A stretch of DNA of 64,000 nt, taken from assembly GCA_043228905.1 (NCBI GenBank), contig JBHGNT010000007.1, positions 6,076,001 to 6,140,000 of the forward strand, written 5' to 3'. The translations under genes and the position numbers were made by a program. Source of the DNA: Azolla caroliniana. Its lineage: Eukaryota > Plantae > Polypodiophyta. The notes under the pieces were generated by a model that made no database searches, had not been told where the DNA came from, and saw nothing but the letters and a program-made list of their open reading frames with translations. Positions 25,927 to 36,631 of this stretch are shown piece by piece (positions within the stretch are counted from its first letter, which is position 1; each line of letters starts with the position of its first letter).

Positions 25927-28900
25927 TTACTCTTCGCCTGCCGGCCCTTCCTCGGCCTCGGATCGGTCGTCGCTGCTGTCCAGGAGAATCGGGTCGGGTT
26001 CGTCGTCGTGCCGCTTCTTGAAAGCTTTGATCCTCTTCCCGGCCACGGGTATCGCTATTCTCGTACCGTCGAGTTCCGCCAGATGATACGTCCCGTTGTC
26101 GTTGGCGCTCTGTACCGTGTACGGCCCGAACCATCTCCGTGCGAACTTCCGCGTTGCTCGGTGCTGGTTGTCGAGGCTGCTGTCGTAGACGAGCACCCAG
26201 TCACCTTCGTCGATTCTCTTCGGTCGTAGCCGGTGCGTTCGGTCGAACCGGGCTTCGTTCTTTGTCCTCGCCACCCGGAGCTTCTCCGTAGCCAGTGCCA
26301 CGTCCTCCGGTCTCCGCTCGAGCTGTCGTATACGCGCGGCCAACAACTCCTCCCGGCTCATCTCGTCCCTCCAGTCGACCGTTGCCCACGAGGAGATCGT
26401 CCGTTCAATCGGCATGATCGGCTTCTGGCCGAACATGAGCTCTGTCGGCATGTACCCGGTTACCGAACTGTGCGTGGTCCGGTCTGCCCACAAAGCATAA
26501 GGTAGGAGCCGCGGCCAGTCACCGATTCGGCCTCCGCATGCCCGAACCAACGCCTTGACGATCGGTCCGTGTCCGCGCTCCACCTTCCCATTCGCCTCCG
26601 GATTGTACGCAGTGGTGAGCGAGAGCTTGACCCCCAGCCGGTCGAACAGTTCCGCGGCTTCCTCGGCGTCCAACTCCCCTCGGTCAGCCACGATCTTCCC
26701 GACGCACCCGTACCGGCATATCACGTCCTCGATCAGGAACCGACACACGGCCGCGGTCGTCTTGTTCTGAAGGGCTCGGCCTTCCACCTGGTTCGTCAGG
26801 TCTTCCCGTGCTAGGACCAGATACCGCATCTGTCCTACCCCCATCGGCATCGTCACCAGATCTACCATCCATTTGAAGTGGATAGTCGGAGGGTACGTAG
26901 GGTGAAGCCCGTCCCGGTGTCGGACTATCGAGTGCATCTGACAACTCTCGCAAGTTGACACGAACCGATGCACGTCCCGGTACAATCCCGACCACCAGTA
27001 CTTCCCCTTCAGCTTCTCAAATGTCGCCCACGTTCCACGGTGTCCAGCCCAAGGGCTGTCGTGGTAGGCCGCCAGTAGCTCCTCCTGTTCTTCCTTCATC
27101 GCCACCACCCGGAGCGGGACGCCGTTCCTCTTCTTCGGGTGCTTCCACAAATGCCCATCTCGGAGGAAGAATCGATATGCTTTCTTCCGGATCCGGTTGG
27201 CCTCGTCCTTCGTCCATGACGCATCGGGCGTCATTGTCTTCAAAAACCCGCCGATCTGCAGCCACTCCCCGTCGTACTTGCTCGCGTCGAACTCGTTAAG
27301 CGCCGGAGTGCCCATCCCGTCGGTTGTTATGTATGCCGCCTCGAAGAAATCCACGCCGACTTCTTCGTCTTCCGAAACCATGCCGCCCTCGTCGTCGAAC
27401 CTCGCCCTCGAAAGCATGTCGGCCATGGCGTTGTCTTTCCCGGAAATGTGTCGTATTTCCGGGTCCAGGGACTTGATGTACGCTATCCACCTGAGCATCG
27501 CCAGGTCCGGAGTCGCGCATCCGGAAACCATACCGAGAATCGGCAGGCAATCCGTCTCGATGATCACTTCTGTCCCTATCAGGTAGTCTTTGTCGGCCTT
27601 AACCGCCGAAACAATACCCCAGAGTTCGCGTTTAACCTGGGCGTATCCTCGCTGCCGTTCACTGAGGACTTTCGCGCCGAATCGGATCGGAAACCGATTG
27701 CCGTCCTCGTCTTCCTGGTTCACGACCCATCCGATCCCGGTCGGACTGGTATCCACCGTTATGAATACCGGGGTACCCTTCCCGTATACCGCCTTCCGGA
27801 GTGCCGGTGCCGCTGCAAGGGCCTCTTTCAGCCTCCGGACCGATTCCGCATGCTCGTCTAGCCATTCGAACCTTCGCCCCTTTTTCAGCAACCCGTACAG
27901 TGGCTCCGCGACGTGTGCGTAATGCGGGATCCATAGGTGGTAGAACGCGCATGCCCCCAGGAATCTCCGTACTTCCGTGACCGAGCTGCAGTCGGGCTTC
28001 ATCGCGGAGATGGCTTCTACCTTTGCTGGAGACGGTTTCCGGCCATATGGTCCGCACAGGTGTCCGACCACCATGATTTCTGACTGCCCGAAGGCCGACT
28101 TCTCCCCGGAGAAGGTGAGTCTCGCATCCTCTAGCCTTTGCAGCACCTTCTCGCAGTCATCGATGTGCGTCGCCACGAATCGCCGGCATCCGTCCGGCCC
28201 GATCGTCTCGTCCCTTTCTTCCACCGGGCATCCCTTGACCGGGATGTCGTCCAGAAACGGCATGGTGATGTCCGGGATACAGTCCCTCAGAACCTTGTTC
28301 ATCGCATTCACCATGTGGGCCACCGAGTTGGTCCCCCCTTGCGGCAGTGTACACATCCGAACTAGGCCGAGGGGAGTTCGCATCGTCGTAATGTCTCTGC
28401 TCTCCACGGCTAGCTGGAACTGGTCGTACCCTGAGTATAGATCCCCGACCGAGTAAATTGACCTTCCGGCGAAGGCCTCCGCGAACTCGTCTATGGTCGG
28501 TCCGATCCCTGCGTTCCGAATCGTCACTCGATTGACCGGCTGCAGGTCCTGGATGAAGCGCAACGAACCGTTTTTCTTCGGTACGGTAAACCATCGATTC
28601 GAATATGGGGCGCTCGACGGCTCGAGAATTCCCATATCAACTTTCTGCCTCAGCAGCTCCATCAACTTCGGGATGTGAGCTCTCGGAACCGGGATTGGCT
28701 TGAGATTCCATGGTACATGCGGTACCGTGAATATCACCATCGGCTCCACGATCGTCGGGTCAACGCACCCGATTTCCTCCGGCGAGAATGCGAAGGCTTT
28801 CCCGTGCCTTCCGAGCATTCTCCGAAACCGGTCTTCCTCCGCCGGCAGTAGGAACCCGCCCCCACCGATTTTGAGCTCTCGGAGCGTCTCGTCGGTAAAG

Positions 28901-29424
28901 GTGTGTCCTATGCAGGCCGGATCTCGTAGACTAGGGTCCGATGCAACCCCTTTGATTCTCGACGCGCTGTCCTCCGGTAAGGGTGCCGCGACTGGCCTTA
29001 CCTTCCGGTCCACAGTCTTGTACTTGGTGCTCACGTGGGCCGTCCGAACTGACTCGAGCCCTCGACCGAAGTCCGCGATGACTTCGTACATCTCCTCGGA
29101 ACACACCGGTATCGTCCGGTCTTCGTTAAGGCCTTCTTCGACTACCTTTCCCAGCATTCCCAAGGTGTCGTCGAATGAGACCGCCTCCACGGCTCCGTCG
29201 ATTTCCTCGTCAGGGCCGAGAACTCCGCACGCTCGAAGTCTCCCCTCCGCCTTTCTCTTCTCTCGGCCGCCGATGCCGACTGTCGTGCACGCTCCGCTGT
29301 CGGAGAACAAAAATTCCCTACCTATGGTACAAGGTTTCTTCGGTTTTATCGTACAGGTGTGGGGTTTTCCCGGGGTGTCCGGACTGTCGCGGCCCCACGC
29401 CTTGGCAGTCCTCTCTAAAAATCC
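25927..29424 (-). CDS. pol: Pol (RT-RNaseH-integrase) of E, entered by a predicted -1 frameshift
   Basis: 1127-aa ORF whose frame stays open upstream to the slippery site (PRGFLERTAKAW...). Contains RT FLDD, RNaseH VDTSP/KRELWG/ETDC, INT HHCC plus DDE, a GPY module and an acidic tail. No chromodomain. Confidence 0.95.
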   Translation of the reverse strand, partial: GFLERTAKAWGRDSPDTPGKPHTCTIKPKKPCTIGREFLFSDSGACTTVGIGGREKRKAEGRLRACGVLGPDEEIDGAVEAVSFDDTLGMLGKVVEEGLNEDRTIPVCSEEMYEVIADFGRGLESVRTAHVSTKYKTVDRKVRPVAAPLPEDSASRIKGVASDPSLRDPACIGHTFTDETLRELKIGGGGFLLPAEEDRFRRMLGRHGKAFAFSPEEIGCVDPTIVEPMVIFTVPHVPWNLKPIPVPRAHIPKLMELLRQKVDMGILEPSSAPYSNRWFTVPKKNGSLRFIQDLQPVNRVTIRNAGIGPTIDEFAEAFAGRSIYSVGDLYSGYDQFQLAVESRDITTMRTPLGLVRMCTLPQGGTNSVAHMVNAMNKVLRDCIPDITMPFLDDIPVKGCPVEERDETIGPDGCRRFVATHIDDCEKVLQRLEDARLTFSGEKSAFGQSEIMVVGHLCGPYGRKPSPAKVEAISAMKPDCSSVTEVRRFLGACAFYHLWIPHYAHVAEPLYGLLKKGRRFEWLDEHAESVRRLKEALAAAPALRKAVYGKGTPVFITVDTSPTGIGWVVNQEDEDGNRFPIRFGAKVLSERQRGYAQVKRELWGIVSAVKADKDYLIGTEVIIETDCLPILGMVSGCATPDLAMLRWIAYIKSLDPEIRHISGKDNAMADMLSRARFDDEGGMVSEDEEVGVDFFEAAYITTDGMGTPALNEFDASKYDGEWLQIGGFLKTMTPDASWTKDEANRIRKKAYRFFLRDGHLWKHPKKRNGVPLRVVAMKEEQEELLAAYHDSPWAGHRGTWATFEKLKGKYWWSGLYRDVHRFVSTCESCQMHSIVRHRDGLHPTYPPTIHFKWMVDLVTMPMGVGQMRYLVLAREDLTNQVEGRALQNKTTAAVCRFLIEDVICRYGCVGKIVADRGELDAEEAAELFDRLGVKLSLTTAYNPEANGKVERGHGPIVKALVRACGGRIGDWPRLLPYALWADRTTHSSVTGYMPTELMFGQKPIMPIERTISSWATVDWRDEMSREELLAARIRQLERRPEDVALATEKLRVARTKNEARFDRTHRLRPKRIDEGDWVLVYDSSLDNQHRATRKFARRWFGPYTVQSANDNGTYHLAELDGTRIAIPVAGKRIKAFKKRHDDEPDPILLDSSDDRSEAEEGPAGEE
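29359..29424 (-). promoter_or_regulatory. -1 programmed ribosomal frameshift signal (G GAU UUU plus pseudoknot)
   Basis: Heptamer 29424-29418, 6-nt spacer, stem GGACUG/CAGUCC, and loop GUGGGG complementary to downstream CCCCAC. Conserved in A, B, D and G. Confidence 0.8.
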
Positions 29425-31568
29425 TCTCGGTTTTCGGAACCGAGGGAATCACGGTTACGTTCGTGGTTCGGCCTTACCGTCAGAAACTGGACCGAATGGC
29501 GCCCGTCTTGGCTTTTGACCCTCGCGTAGGCCGAACCATTGTCCAGCACTTTGGTCTCCATCCGCGCCACCGTAATGTACGGTTCTCCCAGAATGACCGG
29601 GTGCGAAGACGTCTCCTGCACGAAGAAGTGTTGGTCAATCTCGACGTCGCCAATCTTGACCCGCACATTCGGACAGGCCCCGTGCAGTTCCTCGGTGGCG
29701 CGCGTTGCTGCCCTTATTTTCCACCCGTGCTTGGTGTTGATCGGCCATTTGCCCTTCTTATAGAAGTCCATGGACATCAAATTGATCTCCGATCCGTGGT
29801 CCACCAAAGCTATCACCGGTTCCTGGACATCGCCGATCTTCACCGGGGTTTCCGTGGTCGCTCGGGCCCAGTGTGGTCTCGAATAGTGGCTTTCCGCCCA
29901 CTCGTCTCCCAGCGCCATGTCGTCTAGGTGCGTCGTCCGCACTTCCACCGGTCTTTCCGGTTCTGTCTCCGTCGACAGCCTCTTCCGTTTCACCAAGTCC
30001 ACGATGGAGTCGTGGAACTCCTTCTTGGCGATTCCCAGCACCTCCCGTAACGACAGCTCCACCTTGCTGTCGAGGATCCGTTCCTCCAGGACCTTTCGTA
30101 AGTCCGTGGTTCTTTCTATCTCCGTCCCCAGACGGTACCCGCCCTTCTGGGGTTTATCTCGCGTACCGGCCCCGCCGGCTTCGTCCCGTCGCGGCCCGGA
30201 CCGGGTCTCGTATCGTTGTGAGGGCCCGGTCGTCCCGGGTTTCCCCACCCGCTTCTCTTCTACCAGAGCCTCGTAGTTCCGGCAAGCGGCTTCCACGAAG
30301 CCCGTCTTCTCCTCGACCGGGTCGCTCCACCCGGTCCTCTCCCGTACCCGTTTCTCCGCACGGTCCGATTCCTCCCTTTTAAGCCCTGCACCGGCAAGGC
30401 CTCCCAGCATCGTCGGCCAGAATCCCGCTTCGCTTTCCCTTCGGGCCTCGCCGCCCCCGACTCGAATGCCGGCTGACGCCGAGTAGTGGACGGTTTCCGC
30501 GTGTCGGGCCGCCGCCTCTTCCATCACCCTTTTCATACCGCCTTTTCCGTCGTTTCGGCTCAGGGCCCTTCGGGTGTCGCTGGCATGCACCCGTCCTTCC
30601 CACAGGTACACCACCCTGTTCCTCAGCGCCTCCGCGAAGTCGCCGCAGTCCTTCCGAATGTGGCCGACTTCATCGCACCACATGCACCTGTTTCCTGCCG
30701 CCGGCCGTCGGTCACGAGCCGGTTCGCCTCCTTCCCTTCGGGCCTGCGCGATTTGGAGGTCCTTTATCGCCTTTGTCAATTCCTCCAGCGCCGCTCCTCC
30801 GGTTGAGCCTCTGACTACGCCGGTCGAAGCCGAACCGGTATCCAACCACTCTCGGGTCTCTTCCTTTCGCACCTGTGGCGCTGGATCGAGCTTCCTTGCT
30901 GCGACCGAGCCCGACCCGGTTGCACCGTTATCCGCCCATTCTCGCCGTTTGTCGAAACGGCCACAGACCTTCCTGACAGCCGCCCAGTCCGTAGTGAGCC
31001 CGTCTTCGGTTTCCAGCAAGAAGCCCACTTGCTCCCGATCCCGCTCGTCGACCGTCTTGACAAACAGCAAGACCCGGCTCGTGTCCAGGATGGTTCGGTC
31101 AAGCGCCGAAAGGCGCGCAAAGTTTTCCTCGAACTCCCGGAGGAGCGCTGACGCGTTTCTTCCCTTCCCCGGGGACTCCACCCATTCCATGAACCTTCGC
31201 TTCGAAAGCCGGAGCGCGTCGTCCAGCCCGTATTTCTCTAGGAGCCGACCTTCGAACTCCTCCCAGGTACGGCTCTCCATCCGCACCTCGAGCACCTCCG
31301 CGTGGATGCTCGGCATCGCCACTCGGGGAAATCCGGCAAGACGCCTTTCTTCCGGAATGTCCCGCATCAGCATCTCTGCACCGTAGGACGCCAAATACTT
31401 CGTGGCATCCTTCCCATCGAACCGGCCGATCGTGCCGACGACCGCCTCAATAGCTCTGTCGAGGGCACCGGTGCTCTCGCGCGCGTTTACAATCCGATCC
31501 ACGGCCGAAGCCATGGCCTCTGCGAGATCCGACCCTCTCATTTCCTGCTCTTCTGCCGCCTCTTTCAC
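29415..31568 (-). CDS. gag: Gag-protease polyprotein of E
   Basis: 717-aa ORF; first ATG at ~31541. CCHC CMWCDEVGHIRKDC and aspartic protease ALVDHGSEIN...VILGEP. Confidence 0.95.
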   Translation of the reverse strand: MKEAAEEQEMRGSDLAEAMASAVDRIVNARESTGALDRAIEAVVGTIGRFDGKDATKYLASYGAEMLMRDIPEERRLAGFPRVAMPSIHAEVLEVRMESRTWEEFEGRLLEKYGLDDALRLSKRRFMEWVESPGKGRNASALLREFEENFARLSALDRTILDTSRVLLFVKTVDERDREQVGFLLETEDGLTTDWAAVRKVCGRFDKRREWADNGATGSGSVAARKLDPAPQVRKEETREWLDTGSASTGVVRGSTGGAALEELTKAIKDLQIAQARREGGEPARDRRPAAGNRCMWCDEVGHIRKDCGDFAEALRNRVVYLWEGRVHASDTRRALSRNDGKGGMKRVMEEAAARHAETVHYSASAGIRVGGGEARRESEAGFWPTMLGGLAGAGLKREESDRAEKRVRERTGWSDPVEEKTGFVEAACRNYEALVEEKRVGKPGTTGPSQRYETRSGPRRDEAGGAGTRDKPQKGGYRLGTEIERTTDLRKVLEERILDSKVELSLREVLGIAKKEFHDSIVDLVKRKRLSTETEPERPVEVRTTHLDDMALGDEWAESHYSRPHWARATTETPVKIGDVQEPVIALVDHGSEINLMSMDFYKKGKWPINTKHGWKIRAATRATEELHGACPNVRVKIGDVEIDQHFFVQETSSHPVILGEPYITVARMETKVLDNGSAYARVKSQDGRHSVQFLTVRPNHERNRDSLGSENREDF

Positions 31569-31584
31569 GTCGGGTTCACCAAGA

Positions 31585-32283
31585 TGTCGGGGTTGCTACG
31601 CCCTTGCGTGCAGAAAGGAGGAGGGACCACGGGGGTCTTGGACCGAAGAGCAAGAGAGAGAGAGAGGAGAAGGAGAGACCCGATTACACAGAACCGAAGA
31701 TTGCACAGGGACACGGCCCAACAAACAGAGATCACAAATAAACGCCGACACAGATGGACGCAACCACGGAAGATATGTACTTATGAATGCAAGAAAATAA
31801 CAGCTAAAGTGTTACAACCCACGGTGGGGCACGAAATAGATACTAACGAAAACGAACAGGGCGGCGAACAGATGCCGACCCCTGTATGTCGCGACGCGCG
31901 GAAAGGGGAAAACAGGTCGGAGGTGCTGCAGGACGCACTCGGGGCGTTCCACGGAACAGCGCAAGCCTCCTCGAAACCTGCACAGGTACGCGATGGAGCA
32001 GAAGACAGAGAGAGCAGGAGTGAGAGAGGAGCTTCGAAATCGGTTCGGCAGCACTTCGTCCTCTCCGCGCGAGATATCCCACTTCTCTTCTCCCTCTTCC
32101 TTTTATAGCCCGTCAAGAGGCCGTTTGGCATTAACTGCATACCAACCGAATCTACCCACCTAGGATCCTCGTATGTACCTACTTCGTCCTTAGGTACTTC
32201 TTGGCGCGCGTGTGCGTGTAGAGCCGTTTCCCCCCCACGCCTTGTTCCTCCGATTCCCCTTGTGGGCGGTTTTCTTCACGACA
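31585..32283 (-). repeat. 5' LTR of E
   Basis: Adjacent to PBS 31564-31581. Confidence 0.97.
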
Positions 32284-32386
32284 ACGCTCACTATCTGGTC
32301 CACGGCCGAAGCCATGGCCTCTGCAAGATTCGACCCCCTCATCTTCTACTCCTCTACCACCTGCTTCACATCGGGTTCACCAAATA

Positions 32387-33043
32387 TGTCGCGTTATTAC
32401 GCGCGTGCGTGGAGAAACGAGGCGGGACCACCGGGGTCTTGAACCAAAGAGTAGGTGATAGAAGGGGAAAGAGAAAGAGCGAGACGCCCGGTCACGTATG
32501 AGCAACGAAACACAGGGGGGGGGGGGGCACGGCCCGTCAACACAGAAGACGTGAATGGACACAGAGACAGGGAGACACAAGTGTTTGTATATTAACGAAT
32601 ATCTAATACACAACAGAGCACGCGAGCGGTTACAACCGAACAGGCCGGCGAACAGATGTCGATGCCTGTTCGTCTGCGCACGAAAGGAGAAAAGGGTGGA
32701 GGTGCTGCCAGAACCACACGGGCGTTCCTCGAAGTAGCGCGAGCCTCCCGAAACCCTGCAGAGAAGAGCGATGGAGAACGAACAGAGGAGAAGCGTTCGG
32801 TTACGGTCCGACAGCAGTTCCTCCTCCTTAATGTGCGATGCCTTCTCCTTGCGTCTCCCTCTCCTTTATAGCGTCAAGAAGGGAGCCGACTCCCTCATTT
32901 ACTTCCTACCTACCGAATCTAACTACCCGGATATGCCTTTGTACTGAATTCCCTATTATATACATTAAGGGCGTGCATATGTGAAGAGCCGGTTCATGCG
33001 AGCTATGCACCGATTGCGCCAAGGGACGGTTTTCTTCACGACA
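32387..33043 (-). repeat. 5' LTR of D
   Basis: Adjacent to PBS 32365-32382. Confidence 0.95.
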
Positions 33044-33660
33044 GTGTGTGGAATGCGGGATTCCGTTCCAAGTAGATACTGCTCATGTGGTCGCAGTATA
33101 GATGAATCAGATACTTGATGGGTACGCCCAGATCCTTCAGTATACGCTTGAGCCATACGGCTCCGCACGCGGCAACGGCCGCGCCCCTATATTCGGCTTC
33201 CGTACTCCATAGTGCGACTGTCGGCTGCTTCTTGTTGCTCCAGGAGATCCCTCCGCTACCAAGGGAGAAGAAGAATCCGGATGTGGATCGTCTATCCGCT
33301 TTGTATCCTGCCCAGTCCGCGTTTGTGTACCCTTCGAGTCGAATGATTGTATTCGTCTTATACACGATGCCGTAATACATCGTGGTACTGACATACCAAA
33401 GTATCCACTTAGCGCAATCTAGATGAAGATTTCGCGGATTATGCATGAACTAGCTAAGTAGGCCGGCCGAATAGCTGAGATCGGGTCATGTGATGGTTAG
33501 ATAAATCAAGTTGCCGATCAATTGTCGATACTGAGTTGGCTCGCTCTCGGCTATGCCGGAATTGGCATCGATCTTGAGATTACGATCGAGAGGGATAGAC
33601 ACAGGTTTGCACTCGGTCATTCCGAACTTGTAGAGTAAGTTGAGAATGTAGTGTTGTTGA

Positions 33661-36500
33661 TGTCAGGAACAGTACTAAGACAGAGAAGGAATTAGTACTA
33701 AAAGATGAGGATTAGTACTAAGGGAGGTGTAGAACTCTCGAGAGAAGGAAAGAGTGAGTGAGTGAGAGAGAGAGAGAATGATGATAAGAAAAGATATATA
33801 TTATGTTAAGAGAATATACAATAGTAGCTAGCAGGCTTAAGATTAGCGTTGAACCGATTTGGTTCGAAATAATGCCTTGTGCCTCCTTTTATAGTGTTCT
33901 TAGGAGTACTCCTGAAGTTTCTAAAATGTTCCAGAGAAATCTGGAATATATGTCAATTTTCTATAGTAAAATTTAAATGAAATTAATATTCTTCGTATTA
34001 CAACATATAGTCTAATGGGTTCAAGTCTTGCCATATCATGACATTATCCTCCATTTAAAACGACGAGTGTCACAAGTAGTTTTGGATTGAGGACCCGGTT
34101 TGTCTAGATATTGAAGATGGAAGTCTTCAAGAAGAGCACGAGCATTGGTCACATTCTCTATTGGTTCCCAAGTACGCTCGCTAGGACTATATCCTGGCCA
34201 ATCGACTAAATAATAGAGCTTGTTGCGAACAGTCTTGGAATCGAGGATGGTGGCAACCTCGTACTTAGGTCCATCTTTAAGTTCGATCGGGGGTGGAGGT
34301 TGTTTAATACGACTTGGGATGGTGCTGTCTTGATAGGGTTCGAGGAGAGAACTATGAAACACCGGATGTATCTAAAGTTGTGGAGGTAGATCGAGAGGAA
34401 AAGCGACATCATTAATTTTTCCGATAATACTAAAAGGACCTAATCACCGATAATCCAACTTCTCGCATGGGCGACTAGTCTTGATGTGTCGTCATAGTAG
34501 CCATACCCGATCTCCAATGTTAAAAGTGAATGGAAGCTGATGACGATCCGCATAAACCTTGTGTGTTTGTTGACCTTGATGTAGATGAGTAGATAAATCC
34601 GCTTGTATCTTGTGTAACCGCTCCAAATGATCCTCTGCGCAAAGATTTGTGGGTAACTCTGGGGGGGGTTTCAAATACACACCACCGGGGGTGACAACCC
34701 ATATAAGCATAAAATGGTGTAACCTTTGTCGATGAGTGGACAACGTTATTATACGCAAATTCGGTGAAGTGGAGAATATCCGCCCAGTTATCTTGATGAT
34801 AGCTAAGAAAGCACTGAAGATACTGCTCCTGCATTTGATTTGTTCATTCTGCTTGGCCGTCTGTTTGCGGGTGGTAGCCGGAGGAGAGGTTACAAGTGAC
34901 CTTGAGCATTTTAAAGAGCTGCTTCCAGAATTTCAAGACGAACTGGGGTCCACGGTCGCTGATGATGCTATCAGGAAGGCCATGATGTCGACATACTTCA
35001 CACATGACAATTTTGGCGGTTTCCTCACTTGACAATTCCTTAGTACATGGCAGGAAATGGGCCATCTTCGTATACCGATCTACTACTGTTAAGATTGCAT
35101 CGAATCCCTTAGAGACGGGAAGATCTGTGATGAAATCTAGAGCAATGGATTGCCACGGCTTGCTTGGAATTGGTAATGGTTCTAATATACCATATGGATA
35201 ATGCCTTGACATTTTTGCTCTGCAACATGTATCACAAGTCCGAACAAAATCTTCGACAAATTGTCGCATATGGGGCCACCAAAATGATCATTGTACTAAA
35301 TCTAATGTTTTAGTACTACCAAAATGCCCAACTGTATATGTGTCATGACAGTTTTGGACTACTTGAAGGTGACAAGAACCATTAGGAACATACAAGAGTT
35401 TCTTAAAGAATAGTAATCCATCACGACATTTGAATTGTCGATAGTCTGCACCTAGTTGTTGCGATTGTGAACAAGATGCTCGAGAGGGATCAATTTGTGC
35501 TAGAATGGCTTGGGCGAAAGCATCTGTATTCAAGTCCTCACGTATGGTATTGATAATGTGGGAATCCAAGGGCATATCGAAGACTTGCGTTGCTTGCAGT
35601 CGTGCTGGTCCTAGGATTACTTGCTTTTGGTTATCGAAGGCTGGCTCGCCAAGACGTGGTGCTAGATACGAGCGCCGTGATAATGCGTCTGCCTTCCCTT
35701 GTTGCTTCCCCCGACGATATGTAATTTTGAAGTCGAAACGAGTGAGGAATTGGGCCCACCGAGCTTGACATTGATTTAACACATGAGCATTCTGAAAGTA
35801 GGCAAGGTTTTTGTGATCACCGAATACGGTGACTTGATGAGAAGATCCCTCTAAAAAATGCCTCCATTGCGTAAAAGAGTCCACTATTGCTAGTAGCTCC
35901 TTATCATGAATTTCATAGTTGCTTTCGGTGGTGTCAAACTTGCGTGAGTGGAAAGCCACAGGATGGAGCTTTTCATCATCGCCTTGTTGTGACAGAATGC
36001 TACCCAACGCGAAATCCGACGCATCTGCTTCGATGGTGAATAATTTTTCCAGATCAACGTGAGCCAGAATAGGATCTGATGTAAATGCCTTCTTAAGAGT
36101 CTCAAAAGCCATGTCTGCTTCTTCAGAACAAACAAATGAGTGTCCCTTCCTAGTGAGATGTGTGAGAGGCAGAACAAGCTTTGAGTGATCCTGTATAAAC
36201 TTGCGGTAGAAATTGGCAAAGCCTAGAAAGCATTGCCACTCTACCATCGTTTTGACCTTAGCTAGATCCATGGAGATGCCTTCCGAGGAAATGACATAGC
36301 CCAAAAATTCTACTTGGTTGCACTCGAAACTACATTTTTCTAGCTTTGCATAAAGACCATGTTCTCGAAGTCGTTTTAGTACTAATAGTACATGAGAATC
36401 ATGCTCCTCTTGGGACTTCGAATAAACCAGTAGATCTTCCAAATAGATGATCAAACAAACATCTAAGAGATCTCAGAATATATCATTTGCCATTTGCTGG
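33661..36500 (-). mobile_element. 5'-truncated chromovirus (Tcn1-like Ty3/gypsy)
   Basis: Putative 3' LTR 33661-34043 (TGTCA...TGACA) with a purine-rich stretch beside it. RT-RH 35288-36454, INT 34492-35269, and chromodomain YEVATILDSK...YYLVDWPGYSPSERTWEP at 34036-34362. Confidence 0.88.
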
Positions 36501-36631
36501 AAGAGAAACATTTCTTCCTTGCGTCTTCACGCAACTGATGTAGTGAAATGGTTGCAATCTTATGAGTAGATCCTCAGGTTTGTCGATGCTCGATTTCCCT
36601 TGTTCTCCAATTTATATCTGGGTTATGTAAT

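Larger units (their letters stand above)
25156..32283 (-). mobile_element. Element E: intact, very young tRNA-Trp gypsy retrotransposon
   Basis: 699-bp LTRs 25156-25854 and 31585-32283 with no difference seen by eye. Perfect ACGC TSD, 18-nt PBS 31564-31581 and two uninterrupted ORFs. Confidence 0.97.
18913..33043 (-). mobile_element. Element D: full-length tRNA-Trp gypsy retrotransposon carrying nested E
   Basis: LTRs 18913-19570 and 32387-33043. TSD GCGT/GTGT. PBS 32365-32382. PPT ~19571-19583. Confidence 0.95.
18700..33660 (-). mobile_element. Element I: copia RT/RNaseH remnant (18700-18912 plus 33044-33660), split by D
   Basis: YTNADWAG...RRSTSG...STEAEY at 33036-33446. Removing D and one TSD restores NPAFHTRTNHIE. 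CTTGAGGGGGAG at ~18717-18728. Confidence 0.85.

Noticed and set aside
28700-31386. Long plus-strand ORFs (272, 250, 270 aa) and equivalents in B and D
   Set aside because: Antisense shadows of GC-rich gag/pol; Ser-rich with no domain motifs.
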